DNA from: Leucoraja erinacea
Lineage: Eukaryota
DNA length: 64,000 bases
Direction of reading: 5' to 3'
Assembly: GCF_028641065.1 (NCBI RefSeq)
Contig: NC_073403.1
Coordinates: forward strand, 24,490,001 to 24,554,000
The translations under genes and the position numbers were made by a program. Under the pieces are notes generated by a model. It saw nothing but the letters and a program-made list of their open reading frames with translations. It was not told the DNA's origin and did not search any database. Below, one piece after another: positions 35,301-46,226 of this stretch. Every line of letters begins with the position of its first letter. The first letter of the stretch is position 1.

Positions 35301-37315
35301 AAGGGCTAACTTATCATTTATTCACGTACGTTGCATACTCACAGTGTTCTGTAGTTTCCCAAGTCAGACACTGTCATGACCTCTCCCTCACCATCTTGCA
35401 GACTGAGCCAGACACTTCTGGGTTTTATAGACCCTCCCACCAGAAGGGGTGTGGCCTTCATGGCGGTGATTGACAGGAGAGAGAATCTCAAGGTTTTTTC
35501 CGGATAAAACCCACATGGTCACAGGGGGAAGATACAAACTCTGTGCAGACAGCATCTACAGTCAGGATTAAAACAGGGTCTCTGGCATTGTAAGGCAGCA
35601 GCTTTACTGCAACCCCACTATGCTGGGATATTGGAAATGCGGGAAAACAAGCTCATGTGCAGGTTTCTTGGAAGTCACCTGGGATACATGATCATGGGGG
35701 AGTGCCGCGACAGTCATAAGGCCAAAGTTGATAAGCCAGAATTAGGCAATTCGGCCCATCAAGTCTACACCATTCAATTATGGCTGATCTATCTCTCCCT
35801 CTAAACTCCATTCTCTTGCCTTCTTCCCATAACCCCTAACACCCGGAATGGTAAGATGGATTCTAAAAAATCCATTGTGGGCTTTGCTGGCAGACTGGTG
35901 AGAGGGAGGAGGGTTGGCGAGGAATCGGTGGAGCCGTTAGTAGCAGAGTGAGACCCTGGAGCAACCCTGTGAAGAGAGACTGTTGGAGCAGCCTAGTGCA
36001 GATCGAGACCATAAGACCATAACATGGGAGTCCTGGAATGTGTTGCCAGGGACGGTGGTCGAAGCAGATAGATTAATGGTATTTTAAAGTCTTTGGGATA
36101 GGCATATGCATATTCATTGAATGGAAGAATATGAGTTATGTGCAGGTAGACAAGTGATTACTTTCAAACCACGTTCGGCATAGACATTGTTGGCCCAAGG
36201 GCCTGTTCTTGTGTGTAGGAATGAACTGCAGATGCTGGTTTAAACCGTAGACACAAAAACCCATAGTAACACAGCGGGACAGGCAGCATCTCTAGAGAGA
36301 AGGAATTAACTCCCCCTCTGTGTTTCATCTGGTCCAGTGCGAAATCTCCTCACGGTATGTTTACTTTGAAGACTTTCTCCTGCTCTCTGCGACGAGAGTT
36401 CTACAGCTACCTCTCTCGCTGCTCCCCCTCTGTAGTTGTTCATGTGTTGTATGCAATGTTCTAGTGTATCTACTACCATCAAATGCCATGCCAGATTCAA
36501 GAGTAAAGGAAGCATCCAAATGAAAGCTGTGGATGGCTAAGTCATGATTCACGAGTCAGTAAACATTCTGTGGAGAGCAGCTGTTGCTGTGGATTTATTG
36601 GCAGTCCAAGGGAATAGTGGTGGTTTGAAAAAGTGCGACTGATAAAATCTTGTCTTCCCACAGGCAACCGAGCAGCCAGTTTAGCAAGTGAAACAAAAAC
36701 GATGGAGGTATTCAGTACTGGAACAACACTTTTCAGCTTCAGTGAATTAAAGCTTACAGGAGCAAACAGTTTATTTAGTTAACTAAAAAGAGAATTGCTG
36801 GTGATGAGTTCACTTTTACCATTAACATCCATCACTATTGATCCCGATCCCATAGATTTCATTCAAAAAGGAGCCCAGACACTCGTAATGATCTGCAATA
36901 AACTAAAAAATACTAATACATACTCTATGATGGCCAATTTTCTGCTCTCTCCATTCAAGCTTACACTGAGAACAAAACTAAACATCGCTGTGTCTCTGGA
37001 ATCAATCTAAGCAGCCATAAGGAAGAGGACGATTTCCTCAAAACAAGCTTGGTTGATAATTGCCCAATCATTCATAATCCAGCAGATGGCAAGTTTAAAA
37101 ATAATACTTACATTGCTTGACTTCAAATTCATGTTTTCTAAGTAAAAGTCACTCAATTTGTAACCAAACTCACAAAACCAAATTCAAATTTAAAGCAAAT
37201 GCTAAGAAATCTGAATTCTGTAGCTGAAAATCTCTGAATTTTTATAAACATTGAATTCGTTGAAAGCTGTGCAACAAATACATAAAATTATATTGTAAAT
37301 AACAATGTGGACACA

Positions 37316-39062
37316 TCTGTCTGTCTGTCTGTCTGTCCGTCCGTCCGTCTGTCCATCCGTCCATCCTTACGTCCGCCTATCTATCTATCTATTCCCATGT
37401 GATCCTGAAATTACGGCAAAATGATACACGATTGCGGTAAAACTTTTTGCACCACCTTACTCACCGTTATCCTGTGGTGGTCTGTATCAAGTTTCGTTCA
37501 GATTTATGTTATATTTTACAAGTAAATCGTAATTTTTTACATTAGAAATTTACGGTAAAGAAAAAAATAGCAACTTTCAAGCCCAGCTTGCAACAAAGTT
37601 GCAACAAAGTTGCAATTGAGGAACACTCAGTCCTTCCAGCAAGTTTTTAGCTGAACAGGAAGGGGAGGGGGCAATTGCATTATTTTTTAAAGTCCTCGAA
37701 GCAAGGGGAGAGGGAGGCAGTGCTGGGTGATACACCCCTGCACAGTTGGGGGCTATGGGTGAGTGCTGGAATATGGGGGGACAGGTGAGTGGTGGAATAT
37801 TGCATTGGGGAACGGCTGCGTTGGGGAATGGGTGAGTGGTGGAATATTGCAATGGGGACGGGTTGCGTTGGGGGACCAGGACTCCTGTGAGGGCTATGGG
37901 TTAGTGGTTGAATTTTTATTGGGGCAATGGGTTGCTTTGGGGGTCCAGGACTCCCGTGTGACCAACGGGTCCCACTTGGTCTAGTATGTTGCTAAAACTC
38001 TCATCTTGTTTCTATCTATCTATGTTTATGATCCCATGTGATTATGGACCTATGCCAAAATGGTACACGATAGCGCTAAAATGTTTGCACCACCTTACTC
38101 ACCATTTTGTTCAGATTGATGTTATATTTTACAAGTTGTTCATAATTTTTAACTTTAGAAATTCAAAGGTTAAGATGAATTTAGCAGCTATTGGCATCAA
38201 GAACCATTGCTGGACAACTTGCAACTTTGTTGCAATCCAGGAACACTCAGTCCTTCCAGCAAGTTTTTAGCTCAACGGGAGGAGGAGGGGGCAATTGCAT
38301 TCTTTTTTAAAGTTCTCAAAGTCAGAGAAGGACAGTTGGGGGCTATGGGTGAGTGCTGGAATATGGGGGGAACAGATAAGTGGTGGAATATTGCATTGGA
38401 GAAACCAGTTGCATTGGGGGGCCAGGCCTCCCGTGTGGGCTATGATTAAGTGGTGGAATATTGCGTTGTGGAAATGGGTTGCATTGGGAGACCAGGCCTC
38501 CCATGTGACAGGGACCCAATGGTTCCCTCTGGGTCTAGTATATATTACTAAAACTCTCATCTTGTTTGTTTGTTTGTATATATGTGTGTGTGGAAGAGTG
38601 TGTGTTCCCGAAAATCAGCCAAAACAGTACATGATAGCTTCACAATTTTTGGCCCACCTTAATCACCATTGTCCTGCTAGCAAGTTTAGTTCAAAAGGAT
38701 ATTATATTTTACAAGTTATTGACATTTTAAATGTTAAAAAATCACGTTTCCATTTGCTCTGCCTGTCAGCCACGTTCGACGTCACAATGACGTCACAATG
38801 GGCTCCCAAATTTCTATTTTTTAAAATCGCCATGTTTTTCTTTCGTGTGTACTTGCCTGGCCTCACAACGGGGACCCAACAGCTCAACGGATAAGTTTCC
38901 TTCTGCTTTACAAATGCCTCCATGGGTCTTCTATTCACCTTATTAACTTTAATTTAATTTCAGCCGTCAACGGCACAACTTTGAACGTGACAGCCGCGCA
39001 TGCACAATTTGGTGGAATAATGCGTTGGAGGAGCGCGCCCAATGGGATCACACTTGGTTTAG
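37316..39062 (+). mobile_element. Chain of three non-autonomous Helitrons (37316-37984, 37985-38538, 38539-39062)
   Basis: Units end GACC(C)AA(C/T)GG..CCC.CT.GGTCTAG (third degenerate, CACTTGGTTTAG); units 2 and 3 start TAT..CTAAAACTCTCATCTTGTTT plus a microsatellite. Confidence 0.75.
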
Positions 39063-39112
39063 TTATATATTACTTATTGTGTTTATGGGCCAATTAAACT
39101 ACATGAAGTAAG

Positions 39113-40292
39113 AATTTCAGTTCAGTTTCAGTTCAGTTTATTGTCATGTGGCCCGAGGTATAGTGAAGAGATTTTTTTGCGTGTTAACCAGTCAGCAGAA
39201 AGGCAATACATGATTACAATCAAGCCATTTGCAGTGTTTAGATACATAAAGGAACAACATTTAGTGTAAGGTAAAGCCAATAAAGTCCAAGGGTCACCAA
39301 TGAGGTAGATGGTAGTAGTAGGACTGTTCTCTAGTTGTGTTAGGATGATTCAGTTGCCTGATAACAGCTGGGAAAAACTATTCCTGAATCTGGAGGTGTG
39401 CGTTTTCATACGTCTATCCCTTTTGCCCGTTGGGAGAGGGAAGAAGAAAGAGTGACCAGGGTGCAGCTCATTCTTGATTATGCTGTTGGCCTTGCCGAAG
39501 CAGCGTGAGGTATAAATGGAGTCAATGAAAGGGAGGTTGGTTTGTGTGATGGTCTAGGCTGTGTCCACAATTCTCTGCAATTTCTTGGGGTCTTGGATGG
39601 AGCTGTTCCCAAACCAAGATGTGATGCATCCTGATAAAGTGTTTTCTGTAGCACATCTGTAGAAGTTGGCGAGAGTTGGTGGGGGCATGCCGAACTTCCA
39701 AAGCCATCTGAGGAAGAAGAGGTGTTGGTGTGCTTTCTTGATCGTTGCTTCAATATGGGTGGTCCAGGAGAAGCTGCTGGTGATAGTGACTTGTATGAAT
39801 TCGAATTTTCAACAATCTCTATTTTGGTGCCATCAACGCAAACTGGGGTATGTGTATCGCTTTGCATCGTGAAGTCGATCACAGTTTCCTTCGTCCTGCT
39901 GACATTGAGAGAAAGGTTGTTTTCTCAACACCAGGACACAAGATTCTCGATCTCCTTCCTGTACTCCGTCTCATCCTTATTTGATATCAATCCCACAATG
40001 GTGATGTTGTCTGCGAATTTGAAAATTTAATTAGATTTACATGGCTGCACAGTGGTACGTGTACAAGGAGTAAAGAAGCGGGCTGAGAAGGCATCCTTGT
40101 GGAGCACTTGCGTTAAGGATTATCGTAGAGGGTGATTTGTCCCCTATCCTCACTGATTGGGGTCCGTTGATCAGGAAGTCGAGGTACCAGTTGCAGAGAT
40201 TTATGCTAACTCCAAGTTCCGCGAGTTTGGTGATAAGCTTGGATGGTATAATAGTATTAAAGGCAAGGTCTATGAATAGGAGTCTGATGTTC
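39113..40292 (-). mobile_element. Rex1/Babar LINE, RT C-terminal part and tail, degenerate
   Basis: RLLFIDLAFNTIIPSKLITKL..QSVRIG..PQGCLLSPLLYSLYT..KFAD; tail TGACAATAAA(CTGAA)n. Confidence 0.92.
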
Positions 40293-40629
40293 CATTGTTG
40301 GTAAATATGATAATTAAACACTTTTAACTCTTGACTCTTGACTAAATAGCACACCTACAACTAAGTGAATAAGAAAAGTGCACCATTCAGGAATGAGCCA
40401 GATTATGAGGATGAAAGACTAACAATCAGGCCCTTCAATGAAGGGCAATCAGATGGTTGGGAACCCCTTTGGCGGTTTGGTGCATTGTGAAGGAGGAATG
40501 TGGGGGTAAAAGTTATTGAAACATGTAGGATCAGGGACAGATTGTTCTGCAGAAGAACACTGGGATGTGTGAGTGAGAGCAATTTGTAATAGATGGTGGA
40601 GATTGCAAAGAACATATGGTATTAATCGA

Positions 40630-41125
40630 AAATAGACACAAAAAGCTGGAGTAATTCAACGGGACAGGCAGCATCTCTGGAGAGAAGGAATGGGTGATGT
40701 TTTGGGTCATGACCCTTCTTCAGACTAGTTAGGGGTAAAGGAAACGAGAGATATAGAAGATGATGTAGAGAGATTAAAGAACAATGAATGAAAGATACAG
40801 TATATCAAAAAGTAACGATGATAAATTAAACAGGTCATTGTTAGCTGTTTGTTGGGTGAAAACAAGAAGCTATGCGACTTGGGTGGAGGACGGATAGAGA
40901 GAGAGGGAATGTCAATGCTACCTGAAATTAGAGAAATCAATATTCATACCACGGGGCTGTAAGCTCCCCTAGCGAAGTATGAGATGCTGTTCCTCCAATT
41001 TGCGTTTAGCCTTACTCTGACAATGGAGGAGACCTAGGACAGAAAGGTCTGTGTGGGAATGGGAAGGAGAATTAAAATGTTTAGTAACCGGGAGATCAGG
41101 TAGGTTCAGGTGGATGGAGCGAAGC
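40630..41125 (-). mobile_element. Penelope-like element 3' end (GIY-YIG C-terminus, 3' UTR, pLTR)
   Basis: LRSIHLNLPDLPVTKHFNSPSHSHTDLSVLGL..RKLEEQHLI. Confidence 0.88.
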
Positions 41126-41193
41126 TTACCTTGTTGGTGCCATGTGATGGTGCCATATTGACGATCTTTCACTCCCCCATGCAAGTTTCTAAA

Positions 41194-41495
41194 AGGAGCA
41201 CGATGGTGCAGCAGTAGAGTTGCTGCCTTACAATGCCAGGGACCAAGGTTCAATCCCAACTATGGGTGTTGGCTGTGTGGTGTTGGTATGTTCTCCCTGC
41301 GACCACATGGGTTTTCTCCAGGTGCTCCAGTTTCCTCCCACACTCCAAAGACATATGTTTGTAGGTTAATTGGCTTCGGTTAAAAAAATTGTGACTTGTC
41401 CGTAACGTGTAGGATAGTACTAGTATATGGGGTGATTGCTGCTCGGCACAGACTCGGTGGGCTGAAGGGCCTGTTTCTGCGCTGTATTTCCAATG
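41194..41495 (+). mobile_element. V-SINE/HE1 full length
   Basis: Head, V-domain and CR1 tail present. Confidence 0.85.
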
Positions 41496-42754
41496 TATAT
41501 AGTAAATTCTGAAATAGAGAGCACTGCACAGGAAATTACATCACTTGGATGCATCAAATATTTAAATTACATTAAATAGATGAGAGCAACTCACAAAGTA
41601 AAAAATTACACTTTACATTTCTAGAGCGCCACCAAGAGATGAAGAAATGATCATCATATTTTTGTCGCACACGGTGCCTTTTAAGTTGTGTAGAATGGAA
41701 ATTATCATATTGGTAATTGAATTTCTAGGTCCATCTTTTATGCTGAGTACTTCAAGGAATGAAACAGTAGTTTTAACTGTAACTTTACTATGAGATAAAG
41801 ATATAATATTTAATGCTTGAATAAGAAAATTAGGGTGCACCTAACCATTCCCTAAAAAATTGGTATGCAGCAACTGAAAATCAAAAAGGAGGGAAGGCAC
41901 TCCATTTTACTCATGTTCCACCTGATGACATTTTAACATGCACCCACAGCAGGATGACGAGCCTACACATTAGAAATCTCCAATTCTCAGGTACAATTGA
42001 ACAGAACATGCACCATGGCCCTCTTTGGGACCCAAAATGTCACTTATCCATGTTCTCCAGATATGCTTCCTGACTCGCTGAGTTACGCCAGTCCTTTGTG
42101 TAAACCAGCATCTGCAGTTCCTGGATTGTACTTCAAAATCTCTTGCTCAGAGTTGTTCTAGTTAAGCATCCTCACTTGCTATACCTCCCTGAAATTGGCT
42201 CATCCTTCTCCATCACAAATGTAACCTTCCAGACTGGTCCAATGTTGAAAGCAGAAAAATATATAATAAAATATATATAATGTTGGAATGTTGACTCTTA
42301 AGGACTTCAGATGTCTTTACTGTCAACATTCTGAAGAGGGAAATACAGGCAAAATAATGCCCACAATATATTATGTCCAACATTATTAATATTTTATAAA
42401 TGACCCAATTATTTTTGCACATTGCAGATTGTATTGCCTCTAAGCAATATACTGTATATTTCAGTTGAACCTTAGTATTTCTCCTTTGACATTTGAATTA
42501 ATTAGCAAAATTATTATCATATTTTTTTCTGAATAAGCTTTCAGGGAGCCTAGAGGGCTTTCAATTATTTCAATTCTCATTGATGTCTTTTGTGAAATAT
42601 GAAATACATGTGGTACTGTCACTATGAATTATCTGAAAGAAATGACTTTTTACTTTGATGATTTCCAATAAGCCAAAAAACCTGAAAATGACAACAGCTT
42701 GAAATGGAGGCACATGACTAATGATTCATCTTAACAACAATCATAGTTCTTTCA

Positions 42755-42943
42755 AAGATAAACACAAAATGCTGGAGTAATTCAACGGAGCAGACAGCAT
42801 CTCTGGAGAAAAGGAATAGGTGACGTTTTCGGTCGACCTGAAATGTTACCTATTCCATTTCTCCAGAGATGCTGTCTGACCCGTTGTGTTACTCCAGCTT
42901 TTTGTGTCAGTTTTAAACCAGCATCTGCAGTTCCTTCCTACAC
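42755..42943. mobile_element. Penelope inverted-pLTR fold-back element, centre deleted
   Basis: Arms ~42762-42830 and ~42840-42908 are reverse complements. Confidence 0.8.
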
Positions 42944-44664
42944 ATCCTAGTTCTTTCGCAAACTATAGTTCTTTCGAAAACTGTAATTCTTGAGAACGTT
43001 TGCTTCATTCAAATGTATCTCTTGTTAAATCCCTTTTTTTTAAATATTCCTCTCCTTTTTAGCTCATTCTTCAGCTCAAGGCAGACAGGATTACTAATAA
43101 AATGTCTGCCCACTATGTGGAAGGAAACAAAAAGTGCCAGCAATAACTTTATCATTATTAGTTCCTCTTCTTTTATGAATTACATTATACGGGTCATCAT
43201 GGTGTCGAATTCCAATGGATAATATTGCATTAAAGAACCAGAATGTTATATCACAAGATCACAAAGGCAACAAAAGGGCGGCATGGTGGCGCAGCATGAG
43301 AGTTGCTGCCTTACAGCGTTTGCCAAAAAAAGAAATGCAAAACATCTCAAAGATTGAAACTTAACGTGGAATAAATCAGCCAAGGAATATATTACATGAT
43401 CGGATGATGGCAGCAAAAGCAAGCACTTTTAACATACCTGAAGTGTGCATAGCCTCCCAAGATACTAAACAGAATCACTAATGATTCCTCAAACGACCTC
43501 TGCCTCTCATTTACTTGTAGGTTCTTGATGACTCAAGAGCCTGATCCTAGAACCTGCTGAAGGTGCATATCCTTCCTTTTATTTCTCAATTCGATTTTAG
43601 ACAAGGTATTTCAGCAAAGGCAGCTGCCTGATATAGGATGTATTACCATAAAGGCCAATTAACTCATTGTAATATCCAGCTAGTGGTGTCTGTACCTGCG
43701 CTCATGTAGCAGATCTTCTGGTCATCAGTGAGCCTCTGACCATGTGTGATTTGGGAACAGATGGCTTGCTTGGGAAAATAAGAATCTGACATCCAGGTCT
43801 GGTCCTGCAGAATTGGTACATGAAGAGCATTGACTGAATCATGCTGGCTTCAGTGAAGTGGCCTTCCTACTGAATGTACAAGAGATAGACACAAAGTGCT
43901 GGCGTAATGCAGCGGGTCAAGCCACATCTCACAAGAAAAAGGATGGGTGATGTTAAGGGTCACCAAGAAGGGTCCTGTCCCAAAATGTCACCTATATACC
44001 TTTTCTCCAGAAATGCAGCCAAAATGTCACCTATTCCTTTTCACCAGGCTTTTGCAACACTGAAAGTTTACTCTCTAGAGTTTTATATAAATGGAGAGAA
44101 AAAATATTCACCAATTGCCAAGGAACTTGCAAATTCTAATGGCTTACTTATCCTGAGAGAGACAGGTTATTCAGGTGAAGGTCAGGTAACAGTGGAAGCT
44201 GGAGGGGACACATTGTTCAGGAAAGGAAAACACACGGAAAACAAGAACAGCCATGATGCTAGCTCACAGTCAGCTCACAAATGTCTTTAAATAGTTTAAA
44301 GCCAAACAACTACCACATATCAGAATAATATTTATCGGAAAGGGGGAAGTTTAAGGGATGTCAAAGAAATATGCAAAATTATGTTTCAATGGGGTTTTTT
44401 TAAAAGAGGGAGAAGAAAGGTGAATTTCACGGAGTTCTAAGAAAAGAGTCTACATATCTGAAAGTGCTATCACTGAAGATGAAAGGAGAGAATGAACAGA
44501 TAGATCGTTACAGCTGAGCTCCTGAAGAATAGAAAACTGGTTAGAGTTAAGTCGCAGTGATGAAATGGAGAGACTCAAGGTTTTCAGTCTATTAGAGGAC
44601 AGTGACAATATGGTGCCCAAGCCCAAAAGAATGCAGTGATCTCTAAGCACAATTTTGTTTAAGA

Positions 44665-44890
44665 TGGAGATACAAGAGACTGCAGATGCTGGGATATTGA
44701 GCAAATACAAACTGCTGGAGGAACTCAGCGGGTGGCGAAGCATTCTTGAGAGAAATGGACAGCCAGTGTTTTAGGTTGGGACCTTTCAGAAGAAGAAGTC
44801 TGAAGAAGGATCCTGTCCCGAAATGTCAACTGTTCATTTCCCTCGATGGATGCTGCCTCACCTGCTGAGTTTCTCCAGTAGTTTTTTTTA
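44665..44890. mobile_element. Older Penelope inverted-pLTR element
   Basis: Degenerate inverted arms around GTCTGAAGAAGGATCCTGTCCCGAAATGTC. Confidence 0.7.
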
Positions 44891-44988
44891 ATATGACAAG
44901 ATACCTATATGTATATTGATCAAATATTAATATCTTGACAATACCTTAAAATCAAATAAAACTGGGCAATCAAACTGACATAAATTGT

Positions 44989-45122
44989 TCAAGAAGGAAC
45001 TGCAGATGCTGGAAGATCGAAGGTACACAAAATTGCTGGAGAAACTCAGCGGGTGCAGCAGCATCTATGGAGCGAAGAAAATAGGCGACGTTTCGGGTCG
45101 AAATCCTTCTTCAGACTGATAA
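44989..45122 (-). mobile_element. Solo Penelope pLTR insertion
   Basis: 12-bp TSD GACATAAATTGT at 44977-44988 and 45123-45134. Confidence 0.88.
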
Positions 45123-45184
45123 GACATAAATTGTGCTCTTATTTTCAAATAATCCTGCCTTTTCCTAGACTAGGCAGAATATGT

Positions 45185-46078
45185 TATCTACACTATAAAC
45201 CCACTGACTCCCATGGCTATCTGGACTACACTTCTTCCCACCCTGCTTCCTGTAAGGACTCCATCCCCTACTCCCAATTCCTCCGTCTACGCCGCATCTG
45301 CTCCACGGATGAGGCGTTCCACACCAGGACATCTGAAATGTCCTCATTATTCAGGGAACGTGGGTTCCCCTCCTCCACCATAAATGAGGCTCGCACCAGG
45401 GTCTCTTCCATACACCACAACACTGCTCTCTCTCCCCATCCCCCCACTCGCAACAAGGGCCGAGTCACCCTAGTCCTCACCTTTCACCCCACCAGCCGTC
45501 ACATACAAAAAGTAATCCTCCGCCAGTTTCGCCACCTCCAACGTGACCCCACCACTCGCCACATCTTCCCATCTCCCCCCATATCTGCCTTCCGCAAAGA
45601 CCGCTCCCTCCATAACTCCCTTGTCAATTCTTCCCTTCCCTCTCGTACCACCCCCTCCCCGGGCACTTTCCCTTGCAACCGCAAGAGATGCAACACTTGT
45701 CCCTTTACCTCCCCCCTCGACTCCGTTCAAGGACCCAAGCAATCGTTCCAGGTGCGACAGAGGTTTACCTGCATCTCTTCCAACCTCATCTATTGCGTCC
45801 GCTGCTCTAGATGTCAGCAGATCTATATCGGTGAGACCAAGCGGAGGTTGGGCGATCGTTTCGCCGAACACCTCCGCTCGGTCCGCAATAACCAAGCTGA
45901 CCTCCCGGTGGCTCAGCACTTCAACTCCCCCTCCCACTCCGTCTCCGACCTCTCTGTCCTGGGTCTCCTCCATGGCCACAGCGAGCAGCACCGGAAATTG
46001 GAGGAACAGCACCTCATATTCCGTTTGGGGAGTCTGCATCCCGGGGGCATGAACATCGAATTCTCCCAATTTTGTTAG
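45185..46078 (+). CDS. Penelope ORF fragment: RT thumb, Cys-rich linker, GIY-YIG endonuclease (5'-truncated, no own start codon)
   Basis: YKPTDSHGYLDYTSSHP..IPYSQFLRLRRICS; CNRKRCNTC; NLIYCVRCSRC..YIGETKRRLGDRFAEH; HFNSPSH; G-G-M-N end; no stops over ~297 codons. Confidence 0.9.
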   Translation, partial: YLHYKPTDSHGYLDYTSSHPASCKDSIPYSQFLRLRRICSTDEAFHTRTSEMSSLFRERGFPSSTINEARTRVSSIHHNTALSPHPPTRNKGRVTLVLTFHPTSRHIQKVILRQFRHLQRDPTTRHIFPSPPISAFRKDRSLHNSLVNSSLPSRTTPSPGTFPCNRKRCNTCPFTSPLDSVQGPKQSFQVRQRFTCISSNLIYCVRCSRCQQIYIGETKRRLGDRFAEHLRSVRNNQADLPVAQHFNSPSHSVSDLSVLGLLHGHSEQHRKLEEQHLIFRLGSLHPGGMNIEFSQFC

Positions 46079-46190
46079 TCCTTGCTGTCTCCTCCCCTTC
46101 CTCAGCCCCCCTGCTGTCTCCTCCCATCCCCCAGCCTTCGGGCTCCTCCTCCTTTTCCCTTTCTTGTCCCCGCCCACCCCCGCCCCCGAT

Positions 46191-46226
46191 CAGTCTGAAG
46201 AAGGGTTTCGGCCCGAAACGTTGCCT
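46191..46226 (+). ncRNA. Minimal type I hammerhead-ribozyme-like core in the pLTR
   Basis: CTGAAGA (46195-46201), extra A, stem GGGT-TTCG-GCCC, GAAA (46215-46218), palindromic AACGTT in place of stem III; stem I is weak. Confidence 0.55.

Larger units (their letters stand above)
34049..35498 (-). mobile_element. Non-autonomous Helitron, family B (5' truncated)
   Basis: CTAG at 34049-34052; subterminal CCCCCAACGCAATATTCCACC motif shared with family A; body is homologous to the reverse complement of ~62100-62870. Confidence 0.7.

Noticed and set aside
45053-45184. N-terminus of the 341-aa ORF as part of the Penelope protein
   Set aside because: TSDs show it is an inverted solo pLTR plus target DNA that is in frame by chance.
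45470-46177. 235-aa minus-strand ORF and other overlapping ORFs
   Set aside because: Antisense or alternate-frame shadows of the C-rich Penelope ORF.
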